Positions 10,730 through 19,161 are shown, numbered from the stretch's first letter. The stretch is DNA of 49,818 nt from Chlamydiae bacterium SM23_39 (GCA_001303765.1 LJUH01000001.1:1-49818), one strand, 5' to 3'. Numbers and translations: made by a program. The notes: generated from the letters alone by a model not told the origin.

Positions 10730-11131
10730 TTATTTATCATCAAAATAAAAAGGATCTATTTCTTTTAGTTCCGGCAATTTATTTAGGTATTCAAATTCTT
10801 TTTTGCCTTTTTCTGTTATATCAAACCAAACCAATTCATACATATACAATTCTCTTCCTAAATTATCCCAATCATATTTTATTTTTTTTAAAATCTCATT
10901 AATGGGTATTTTCCAAGGAATAAACTTATTATCTTTAGTTAAATCTCCTGCTATTACTAATTTTTCTTCTAATAAGTTTTTAATAATTTCTAATGATGTT
11001 TTTTTTATTAATTCTTGATCTTCATAACGATAATATTGTTCAACAAAGCTTGGAACAAAATATAATGAGGTCCAATCTTCAATACAATATGCTAAAATAG
11101 CTGTTTTTGTTTTTTCAAATTTAATATCCAT
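10730..11131 (-). CDS. Candidate immunity protein for the upstream toxin-like protein (133 aa, acidic, no signal peptide)
   Basis: ATG 11131..11129 shares one base with the TGA of the 687-aa gene (TGATG), implying translational coupling. The protein is small and cytosolic-looking, and I recognise no family. Function is inferred from context only. Confidence 0.45.
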   Translation of the reverse strand: MDIKFEKTKTAILAYCIEDWTSLYFVPSFVEQYYRYEDQELIKKTSLEIIKNLLEEKLVIAGDLTKDNKFIPWKIPINEILKKIKYDWDNLGRELYMYELVWFDITEKGKKEFEYLNKLPELKEIDPFYFDDK

Positions 11132-13194
11132 CAATTTTTCTCCAAAAATTTAAGTTTAATATTATCTTTGATATCGGGTAATTTAATATCTATAGTTGGT
11201 GCCCCTGATTTTGATAGAGGTCTAAATCCTATTACCGTTCCATCTTGTAAAAGATACATTTTTCCTGAATATGAATTATCATTTATCAATTTTGCATTTT
11301 TAGTTAATTTATTAAATATTTTTATACTCTCTTTTTGACTTCCTTCAAAAAGGCGAATATATGGTTTAGTCCCAGCTTTTCCAATCCATTTTCCATTGGG
11401 TTTTATTATATTTACAAGGTCACTTTTTGTTGTAATTGAAGAAAAAACTTTAATATTTTTTAATATTCCAGATGAATGAGGCATAATTTTTTCTGCTGTT
11501 TTCCATGCACATACAGTTTCTGCAAAATTACCTGATCCTCCTATTCCAGCTAGAGCTTCTAGAATTACGACTCTTTCAGTTCTTTGTAAGTTCTTAGCAA
11601 GTATTGCAAGTTCTTTAGCACCTTTTATGCCTTTAGAAATTGCCTTAGCTGTAGCTCCTGGTATAAGAATATCAGCTCCATATTTACCGACTATATATCC
11701 TGATCTCTCACCCTTTTCTTTAGGGTATAAAGATTCCCATATATTGATTAACTCACAAACTTCTGGAGCTAATATTTTGCTTAACTCCTTCCATTCTTGA
11801 GAGTAAGCAAGTTTTGCAATATTAGAAAAGGAAACATATATTCCACGTCCTGTATCAACAGGATGAGTTATTGCATTAGCAGCAAATGAAATTAACTGTT
11901 TTCCGGATTCAACAGCACCTTTAGCTATACCAGTTGTTGTTCCTACACTAAAATCAAAACAGTCTACAAAAGTTATAGATTTTTCTGTATTAATTTGATC
12001 TTCCCTTATATAAACTTGGTAGTCATTTAAAGAATGTTCAAACTGTCCATCTTGCAAAAAAGCATAAGCTCTATCTAAATAAATATTGTGATTGTTTGGA
12101 TTGTTTGCAATTGCTTTTCCAAAATTATCTATTGCTTTGTCATAATGTTTATTATTTAAAGCTTGTTCACCTTGAATGCGAAAAAAGTTTTCTTGAAAAT
12201 TCTGATTAGAGTTGTCATTTTTATCCATATATAATGAAGCTTGATTGGTTGCAAAAACATTATCTACTTGTCCATGTCCTTGATTTATTATTTGTTCATA
12301 TGTTTCTAATAAAATATATTTTGGAATATTTTCAATAGCATTATGTGCTAAAGTAGAACCAATAATTCTTTCATTATTTGTTTTAATATAATTTTGATCC
12401 TTTGGATCTGAAATATGAAGGTTATTTTCAACAATAGTATCTTTATATTCAGAAATTTGATCATTAAAAGATTGATATAAAGTAAGATCTTGGGAATTAC
12501 TACTAGAATTTTCTGGAGATGGTATAGGATTAGAGGATAGGTTTTCTTCTTTCTTTGATTTTGAAGTGCAAGACTCAGGAGTAGTGGCTTCAGCTGCTTT
12601 AGTAGATTTTGCTATAGCAATTGTAGCTACTACTGCAATAGTACCCACAACTAAAGCTGATCCTATTATAAAAGCTTTCTTGTGCTTTTTTATATATTTT
12701 CTTACTTTTTTGAACTTCTTTTTAAACCAATTCTTACAAAGAATAATATCATATTGTCTATAGTAAACAGCTGGTATAATTTGATAATCACCAGTTCTAT
12801 AAGATGAATTTTCAAACGTAGCATCATCTTCATATGGACTTAAAAGTTCTTGAATATCTCTTTCTAATTCAGCTTTTTCTTCTTCTGTTGCATTTGAAAG
12901 TGTTCCACTTCTTGCTAAAAGAGCTAAAAAATAACTTATTTCATACAAATCTTGTTCTGTACAAACATCTTCTAATAGACCATTTTCTAATTCTTCAAGA
13001 AGCTTAATAACCAAATCATATACAAGAAGACCGTCTTCATTATAGAGTTGCTTCATAATATTCCCTTTATTAGCAAAATAAGATTGAGATTGAGTAGCTG
13101 ATGGATAAATTGGTGTTGATGCTATAAGAAAAGATACATTAGTAAAAATTAAGAAAAAGACAAAAAGCTTTGATTTTTTTAAAAGTTTTACCAT
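11131..13194 (-). CDS. Large secreted/membrane-anchored protein with polymorphic-toxin-like architecture
   Basis: 687 aa. The parts are: N-terminal signal-like segment, a lysine-rich stretch plus one TM helix (AFIIGSALVVGTIAVVATIAIA), a low-complexity S/N linker, a TPR-like unit (GEQALNNKHYDKAIDNFGKAIANNPNNHNIYLDRAYAFLQDGQFEHSLNDY), a helical segment with ILIPGATAKAISKG (pre-toxin-TG-like), and a distinct C-terminal module of about 110 aa ending YLLQDGTVIGFRPLSKSGAPTIDIKLP. Confidence 0.5.
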   Translation of the reverse strand: MVKLLKKSKLFVFFLIFTNVSFLIASTPIYPSATQSQSYFANKGNIMKQLYNEDGLLVYDLVIKLLEELENGLLEDVCTEQDLYEISYFLALLARSGTLSNATEEEKAELERDIQELLSPYEDDATFENSSYRTGDYQIIPAVYYRQYDIILCKNWFKKKFKKVRKYIKKHKKAFIIGSALVVGTIAVVATIAIAKSTKAAEATTPESCTSKSKKEENLSSNPIPSPENSSSNSQDLTLYQSFNDQISEYKDTIVENNLHISDPKDQNYIKTNNERIIGSTLAHNAIENIPKYILLETYEQIINQGHGQVDNVFATNQASLYMDKNDNSNQNFQENFFRIQGEQALNNKHYDKAIDNFGKAIANNPNNHNIYLDRAYAFLQDGQFEHSLNDYQVYIREDQINTEKSITFVDCFDFSVGTTTGIAKGAVESGKQLISFAANAITHPVDTGRGIYVSFSNIAKLAYSQEWKELSKILAPEVCELINIWESLYPKEKGERSGYIVGKYGADILIPGATAKAISKGIKGAKELAILAKNLQRTERVVILEALAGIGGSGNFAETVCAWKTAEKIMPHSSGILKNIKVFSSITTKSDLVNIIKPNGKWIGKAGTKPYIRLFEGSQKESIKIFNKLTKNAKLINDNSYSGKMYLLQDGTVIGFRPLSKSGAPTIDIKLPDIKDNIKLKFLEKN

Positions 13195-13337
13195 AAGACT
13201 TTCAACTTAAATTTATAGAATCTTATTTTTATTAAATAAAATTTTCAAGGTATTTAATCAAAAATTCAATTTCATACTACTAAATCTTTGTGATTCACAA
13301 ATATCTTTTTGAAGTTTTTTTTATTATAATACCCCCA

Positions 13338-13634
13338 TTATTCACAAAAAATAATTAAAGTGGATAATGAGGGCAGAATTTATAAGTTGTTTTTTTCAAA
13401 AACTCTTGGATTTAGAATCCAATATTCATGAGATCTACCTATATCTGAGAAAATCTTTTCACGAATAATCCATTCATAATCCTGTAGTAAATTTAAAGCT
13501 TTCCGAACCCTATGCGAGCATAAGAACTCTCATAGTCCTTGATGATAAATATCATGAACTTTAAACCTATTAGATAAGCGTGTTTGTTTAATGAAATTTA
13601 ATATAGTTAAGTGTAGCAAAATTGTGGCATTTTT
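13338..13634 (-). pseudogene. Gene remnant, possibly the winged-helix DNA-binding C-terminus of a larger protein
   Basis: One frame reads KNATILLHLTILNFIKQTRLSNRFKVHDIYHQGL*EFLCSHRVRKALNLLQDYEWIIREKIFSDIGRSHEYWILNPRVFE... There is no start codon, and an in-frame TGA lies at 13530..13532. The family is not identified. Confidence 0.3.
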
Positions 13635-13695
13635 TTATCAAATGCTTGTCTTTACTAAAAATTTTTTATAAACTTTTTAAAAACAAAAGATAGTT

Positions 13696-14534
13696 ATGAA
13701 AAACAATTCTACTGATAGTTCTCTTATTTTATATCAGACAGAAGATGGTCAAACTAAGATAGAAATTCATCTTATTGATAAAACTGTTTGGCTTTCTCAA
13801 GATCAAATGGCTGAGTTCTTTGATAAAGATAAAAGAACTATTTCTGAACATATTAGAAATATTTTTAAAGAAAGAGAACTTCTTGAAAAATCAGTTGTCC
13901 GGAATTTCCGGACAACTGCATCGGATAGCAAAAATTATGAGGTATTACATTACAATTTAGATGTTATTATTTCAGTAGGATATCGAGTAAAATCTCATAG
14001 AGGTACGCAATTTCGTATATGGGCAACTGCTAGATTAAAAGAGTTTCTTATAAAAGGCTTTGTTTTAGATGATCAAAAGTTGAAACGTTTAGGTGGAGAC
14101 AGCTATTTTGAAGAACTTCTTTCTCGTATACGAGATATTCGTTCATCTGAAAAAGTATTTTGGCGTAAAGTGCTTGATATCTATGCTACTAGTATTGATT
14201 ATGATCCTTCTGCAGAAACATCTGTGGAAATTGCAAAAAATTATTTAAGTGCTGATGAATTAAATATTCCAAATCGCCTTGTTTCAATATATTTAGATTT
14301 TGCAGAGCTTCAAGCTTTAGATCATAAACCAATGTATATGAAAAATTGGATGATTTTTTAAAAATGACTGATAAGAAAATTTTATCACATTTAGGAAAAG
14401 TTAGTCATGATAAAGCTTTAAAAAAAACTCGAGAGGAATTTTTAAAATATAAAAGTAAAATGATTGAAAATTCTTTTCCTCCTGTGGAAAAGCATTTTTT
14501 AAAGGCAGTAAAAGAAATAGAAAAATTACATTAA
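13696..14534 (+). pseudogene. rhuM: RhuM-family protein gene carrying an internal deletion and a frameshift
   Basis: The N-terminal two thirds are classic RhuM (LYQTEDGQTKIEIHL..TVWLSQDQMAEFF...NYEVLHYNLDVIISVGYRVKSHRGTQFRIWAT...SSEKVFWRKVLDIYATSIDYD). About 50 residues that normally separate the DIYATSIDYD... region from ...AKNYL are missing. The frame breaks near 14335..14348, and the C-terminus (LDDFLKMTDKKILSHLGKVSHDKAL...PVEKHFL) continues in another frame (14346..14534). Confidence 0.75.
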
Positions 14535-14557
14535 ATGATAAACAAAAGTAATCATAT

Positions 14558-14986
14558 ATGGCAAAAGAGCGTTTTAAAACCTGTGTTTCTTCTTATTTGA
14601 TTTTAAGAGATAAAGAAAAAGTGCTTTTATCTTTAAGAGGAAATACGGGATATAAAGATGGATATTGGGGGCTTGTTTCTGGGCATGTAGAAAAAGGAGA
14701 ATCTGCAAAGGAAGCAATAGTTAGAGAAGCTCATGAAGAAGCTGGGTTGATTTTAGATCCAAAAAATTTAAAATTTGTAACTATTATGCATAGAAAATCT
14801 GAAAGGGAAAATATTGATATATTTTTTGAAACTGATAAATATAAAGGAGAGATTATAAATAAAGAACCTCATAAAATTGAGAAATTAGAATTTTTTCATG
14901 TTAATTCTATGCCTTCTAATTTAATAGATTATATTCATAGAGTATTTATGGAGGAAAAATATTATTTTGAATTGGGTTGGTCATAA
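14558..14986 (+). CDS. NUDIX hydrolase
   Basis: 142 aa with a canonical Nudix box GLVSGHVEKGESAKEAIVREAHEEAGL (G-x5-E-x7-REUxEExGU). Confidence 0.85.
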   Translation: MAKERFKTCVSSYLILRDKEKVLLSLRGNTGYKDGYWGLVSGHVEKGESAKEAIVREAHEEAGLILDPKNLKFVTIMHRKSERENIDIFFETDKYKGEIINKEPHKIEKLEFFHVNSMPSNLIDYIHRVFMEEKYYFELGWS

Positions 14987-15002
14987 AATAAAGGAAAAAA
15001 TC

Positions 15003-15185
15003 ATGAAAAATTTAGATTATGAAAATATGACAGCACATTGTGGACTTGCATGTTTTAATTATGTGGTACATTTGGCAAAAACAGATGAAGATATAAGGAA
15101 ACATGTTGCAAAGCAATTTAATATGCCTTCTGAAAAAATTCCAGGACGTAGGTCTGTAAAAGGAAAAATATCCTATCATACTTAG
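15003..15185 (+). pseudogene. DUF3795-like (Cys-rich) gene fragment, degraded
   Basis: MKNLDYENMTAHCGLACFNYVVHLAKTDEDIRKHVAKQFNMPSEKIP resembles the N-terminus of DUF3795 proteins (yCGL.C..C.ay.....d..lr...ak........i.C.GC). The second Cys of the CxxC is Tyr, the downstream Cys motifs are lost, and the ORF stops after 60 aa. Confidence 0.35.
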
Positions 15186-15304
15186 AATGTAAAGTTTATA
15201 TAGGATTTTTTAATCTCTATTTAATTAAAATTTTAGAAATGGTTAAAATTTAATTTAACAAAAGATAAAACTCTTTAAAAAAAATTTGTTAAATCAAATT
15301 CTAT

Positions 15305-17206
15305 CTAAAACAAAAATTTTTTCTCAAAAAAAACCTTTTTATCTTTTTCATAAGCTTTCAAAAATATTCCATCTTCCACTATTATATTATAATCATTAAC
15401 AAATGTTACATCTTTAGCTTCAAAACAAGAATTACCCTTTAAAACAATTTTAAAAGATTCTTTCCTATGTATTTTATTTGTAATATAACTATTTTTTTTA
15501 GATTTATCTATACCCTTATTTATTATTTTTACATTTTTCAAAAGAGCTCTTTTAACACCAGGCTGATCCCCTTTTAAAATAAGCATACTTCCATCCAAAT
15601 ATATATTTTTTATTTCGATTTCTGCTATCTCTATCTGCATCTCTGATCCATATCTTATCTCCCCCCTTCTTATCTTTTTTGCAATATCTTCAAATAAAGG
15701 TCCAATAGAGGGAGATAGATAACAAAAAAAACAAAGATCTTTTTTTATAAAATCTTCAAATTTTTTTATTTTTGAAATTTTTATTTTAGAGTAATTTTTT
15801 AAAAGGTCAAAATAATTTTTTTGAAAATCATAAAAACAGGATAAGGGTGTTTCTAAATATTTTTTTTCATCATATTTTCTCTTTATACAAGAAATAGTTT
15901 TTTCTCTTTTATTATAAGTCAAAAATGTATTTAACTTTTTTTTATCTTCAGAATAGATTCCTTCAGAAATATTTTGCATCATAAGTTCTAACCTTCCAGC
16001 TTTTATCTTTTTATTACCTTCGAAAGCTTTATTCTTCATATTTAAAACCATCCCTGGAAAAGGTGATTTATCAACTACTCTTTCGATCTCTTTTAAATCT
16101 ACAAATAGAATATTTGTATTAGATGGAAATTTTAAAAATTTTTTTCCTTTTATAGGGATATTGCATCTTTCAAAATCAGTATATTCAATATTCGATAAAA
16201 AATATTTCTTACCCTCTTTTTTTAAAACATTTACCCCTTCTTGCGATTGCATCTTCCTACTGCAAGAGGCTACCCCAAATTTTTTATCTTCCAATACTCC
16301 ATATCCCATAAAAGCTAAAAGAGAATAATCAAATCCTGCTATAGGGTTATTTATCTGACGAACTATTCCCTTTTGAACCTTTTTTTTATATAACCAATCA
16401 AATACTTTATTATCCTTCATAAGCTTCCAAATAACTCCATGACCTGATGGTTTTAAAAGCAGTTTTAACTTATCTTCCAACACCCAATTTCCATTTTCAT
16501 CGATAACGGGAGATAAAAACTGTTTAAAAATAAAAAAATTATCTTTTCCCTTTTGAAACCATTTATTATCCTCTAAAATAGAAATAATATTACTATGGTT
16601 ATTTTTATCTTCGGAAGTCATAATAATAACAGGAATATTTATTTTTTTATTATAAATTTTAAAAAAAAGATTTTCATTAGCTTTAAGCTCTTCCATTAAA
16701 TGTTGCAACAATGTCTTTCCTAAAAAATTAAAAGATGCTACAGGAAGAGGTTTTTTAGTTTTTTCATCTATATGATTCAACCTATCCCCAACTCCTCCCA
16801 TAGGATATATTTTACAAAAAAAGGGTAATGATTCTATCCCTTTCGCTATATATTTTTTTATCTTTGAATTTTCAAAAATATTTATCAAAGGAGGATTAAA
16901 GATTTTTATATCTTCTTTTTTTTTAATATTTTTAATATCTAAAGCTTTTTTATAATATCCTACAATACCTCCTATATCTTTATAAAACAGATCTACTTTT
17001 AAAAGATCTGTTAACATTTTTTTTATAAGAACAAAAGAATCATTTATATTAACCTTTTTAAAAATCCTTTCTCCCTGACCTATTTTAATAAGAGAAAAAA
17101 TAATTTTTTTTTCTTCTAAAGAGAGCTTTTTTAGAATTTTAGAAAGACCTTTATTTTTTTTTAAAAAATTTTCTATCTCTTTTTCTTTTAAAAATTGCAT
17201 CCTCAT
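15305..17206 (-). CDS. UDPGP-family (UTP-sugar-1-phosphate uridylyltransferase-like) nucleotidyltransferase with N- and C-terminal extensions
   Basis: 633 aa. YPMGGVGDRLNH...PLP...NIPVIIMTSEDKNNH...FKQFLSPVID...KPSGHGVIWKLM...VRQINNP follows the eukaryote-type UDP-sugar pyrophosphorylase pattern (GG.G.RLG ... iMtS..T ... P.GhG ... vDN). Confidence 0.6.
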   Translation of the reverse strand: MRMQFLKEKEIENFLKKNKGLSKILKKLSLEEKKIIFSLIKIGQGERIFKKVNINDSFVLIKKMLTDLLKVDLFYKDIGGIVGYYKKALDIKNIKKKEDIKIFNPPLINIFENSKIKKYIAKGIESLPFFCKIYPMGGVGDRLNHIDEKTKKPLPVASFNFLGKTLLQHLMEELKANENLFFKIYNKKINIPVIIMTSEDKNNHSNIISILEDNKWFQKGKDNFFIFKQFLSPVIDENGNWVLEDKLKLLLKPSGHGVIWKLMKDNKVFDWLYKKKVQKGIVRQINNPIAGFDYSLLAFMGYGVLEDKKFGVASCSRKMQSQEGVNVLKKEGKKYFLSNIEYTDFERCNIPIKGKKFLKFPSNTNILFVDLKEIERVVDKSPFPGMVLNMKNKAFEGNKKIKAGRLELMMQNISEGIYSEDKKKLNTFLTYNKREKTISCIKRKYDEKKYLETPLSCFYDFQKNYFDLLKNYSKIKISKIKKFEDFIKKDLCFFCYLSPSIGPLFEDIAKKIRRGEIRYGSEMQIEIAEIEIKNIYLDGSMLILKGDQPGVKRALLKNVKIINKGIDKSKKNSYITNKIHRKESFKIVLKGNSCFEAKDVTFVNDYNIIVEDGIFLKAYEKDKKVFFEKKFLF

Positions 17207-17494
17207 ATTATAAAATAAAAATTTTTTAAAAATAAAATAGAAATATTTTATCTCATCAACTTCAGAAAAAAACTATAAAATTATAAAATAAAAAAATTTT
17301 AAAAAAAATATTTGGCAAAAAGTTATTATGGAAATCAAAATGACGTGCTCTCCAAAATCTATTCTATGATATACTTTACTAAGTAAAAGATTATATCTCA
17401 ATTACTTCAAAATCTCTAAATTTATTTTAGGAGTAATAGTTGAAAATTATTTTTTCAACAACTATATTCATCTTTTATTTAATAGGAATTATAG

Positions 17495-18385
17495 ATGTAT
17501 AAATTTTGCCTTACCATAATAACATCGTTGCTAATATACATTACTTGTCTTGTTGAAGGAGGTGAAATTGATCAAATGACTCTTGAAGAGAAAATTGGTC
17601 AGCTATTCATAACTTATTTTAATGGTGACTATGCAAATGAGCATGCGGAAAGGTTAATAAAAGAAACGAAAATTGGTGGAATTATTTACTACAATTTGAC
17701 AAATGGTCTTAAAGATCCTTCAAAAATTTTGAAAATGAGTAACGATTTACAAGAGTTAGCAAAACGTTATATTGGAATTCCACTATTTATCTCCACAGAT
17801 CAAGAAGGCGGGTTGGTTACAAGACTTTTAGAAGGATTTACTGAATTTCCAGGTAATGCAGCTCTTAGTAGAACTAATCAACCTGAACTAGCCTATAAAT
17901 CATGTTATTACATGGGAAAGGAACTAAGAGTTGTCGGGGTAAATTTCAACTTGGCTCCTGTGGTTGACGTAAATAACAATCCTTTAAATCCAATCATTGG
18001 AATTCGAGCATTTAGTAATAATAAGTATGATGTTGCGGCCTTTGGTAAGAAAAGCATTAAAGGCTTCAAGGATGGAGGTGTTATTTCTTGCTTAAAGCAT
18101 TTTCCTGGACATGGTGATGTTTCAGTAGATTCTCATAAAGCCTTACCGATAGTCTATAAGAATTATAATGAGATTGAAGATCTTGAACTTTATCCATTCA
18201 TACAGTTGATAAAAGAGGCTCCTGCTATCATGACTGCTCATATTTTATTTCCACAACTAGACTCTAAAAACTGTGCAACTTTGTCCTCTTTCATACTAGA
18301 AAAGATTCTGAGAGAAAAATTAAATTTTAATGGGGTTCTGCTAACAGACTCACTCACAATGCAAGGTGTTCTCAAAGAACACTGA
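17495..18385 (+). CDS. Glycoside hydrolase family 3 (NagZ/YbbD-like beta-N-acetylhexosaminidase), N-terminal catalytic domain; ends at an in-frame TGA
   Basis: It has a signal peptide, then MTLEEKIGQLF, DQEGGLVTRL, NFNLAPVVDV, KHFPGHGDVSVDSHKALP and LLTDSLTM, the GH3 domain-1 motifs. TGA at 18383..18385 is in the same frame as the next ORF. Confidence 0.8.
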   Translation: MYKFCLTIITSLLIYITCLVEGGEIDQMTLEEKIGQLFITYFNGDYANEHAERLIKETKIGGIIYYNLTNGLKDPSKILKMSNDLQELAKRYIGIPLFISTDQEGGLVTRLLEGFTEFPGNAALSRTNQPELAYKSCYYMGKELRVVGVNFNLAPVVDVNNNPLNPIIGIRAFSNNKYDVAAFGKKSIKGFKDGGVISCLKHFPGHGDVSVDSHKALPIVYKNYNEIEDLELYPFIQLIKEAPAIMTAHILFPQLDSKNCATLSSFILEKILREKLNFNGVLLTDSLTMQGVLKEH

Positions 18386-18392
18386 GGCATAG

Positions 18393-18398
18393 AGGAGG
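18393..18398 (+). promoter_or_regulatory. Shine-Dalgarno-like AGGAGG, 5 nt upstream of ATG 18404, 7 nt after the in-frame TGA
   Basis: The sequence ...aac ac TGA ggcatag AGGAGG ttgtc ATG aaa... is read directly. It could permit independent initiation of the distal GH3 segment. Confidence 0.45.
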
Positions 18399-18403
18399 TT
18401 GTC

Positions 18404-19147
18404 ATGAAAGCATTTAAAGCAGGCAACGATATTTTGCTTATAGGAAACCGAGATTTACAAAACCAAATTGATAGTGAAATCCATATTAATGAAATAATTC
18501 GAATTTATCATAGCATGATAAATGCAGTAAAAGAAGGAAAAATAAGTGAGGAAAGAGTCAATGCTTCTGTCTCACGAATTTTGAAATTAAAAAAAGATTA
18601 TGGTTTATTCACCTACCTCCCAACTAAAGATCAGGATCTAAAAAAAATACTTCGTTCGGAAGATCATTTGAAACTTGCAAATAAAATAGCCCATCGCTCT
18701 GTAAACATAAAAAAGTGGAATTTCAATTCTGATTTTTCAAAGTTGAATATTACAATTATAGCACCAAAAATTTTAGAAGAAAAAATCAAAAATACTGATC
18801 TTTTAAATTTAGGGAAACAAACATCCCTGTATGTATTTGAAGGTCTAGAACCATCTTCATCTGAGCAACAGCAATTATTAAAAGTAATTAAAAATACTGA
18901 TTACATAATTTTTTGCTCATATAATTCTTGGAAAATGCCAAAACAATTAGAGTTATTGAATAAAGTAGCAAGCCTTAAACCTACAGCTTGTATTGCAACT
19001 AGGGATCCTTATGACCTAGATGTACACCATTATTCTAATATTAAAATTGCTACATATAGCCCAACATCTTGCTCTTTACAAGTAGTAGCAGACTATCCAG
19101 TAAAAGAACCAAACCTATCTTTGTTTCTATTGAATTTTTTATTTTGA
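18404..19147 (+). CDS. Glycoside hydrolase family 3, end of domain 1 plus C-terminal domain segment (same frame as 17495..18385)
   Basis: KAFKAGNDILLIG matches the A.kAG.D.lL motif that closes GH3 domain 1, followed by about 230 aa. 18404 minus 17495 is 909, a multiple of 3. Confidence 0.65.
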   Translation: MKAFKAGNDILLIGNRDLQNQIDSEIHINEIIRIYHSMINAVKEGKISEERVNASVSRILKLKKDYGLFTYLPTKDQDLKKILRSEDHLKLANKIAHRSVNIKKWNFNSDFSKLNITIIAPKILEEKIKNTDLLNLGKQTSLYVFEGLEPSSSEQQQLLKVIKNTDYIIFCSYNSWKMPKQLELLNKVASLKPTACIATRDPYDLDVHHYSNIKIATYSPTSCSLQVVADYPVKEPNLSLFLLNFLF

Positions 19148-19161
19148 CAACATTGCCCTAT

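Noticed and set aside
17440-17502. A 20-codon hydrophobic mini-ORF (TTG start after AGGAG; LKIIFSTTIFIFYLIGIIDV*) overlapping the GH3 start, considered as a leader peptide
   Set aside because: It is very short, has a non-ATG start and has no conservation evidence. It could equally be a displaced piece of the original signal-peptide region. It cannot be evaluated from sequence alone.
18383-18385. Possibility that the in-frame TGA in the GH3 gene reflects an alternative genetic code (TGA as Trp or Gly)
   Set aside because: TGA clearly terminates conserved genes at their expected ends, for example rpsG at 3788..3790, the rodA-family gene at 7019..7021 and the toxin-like gene at 11131..11133. 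Trp is encoded by TGG throughout. A genome-wide reassignment is therefore not supported.
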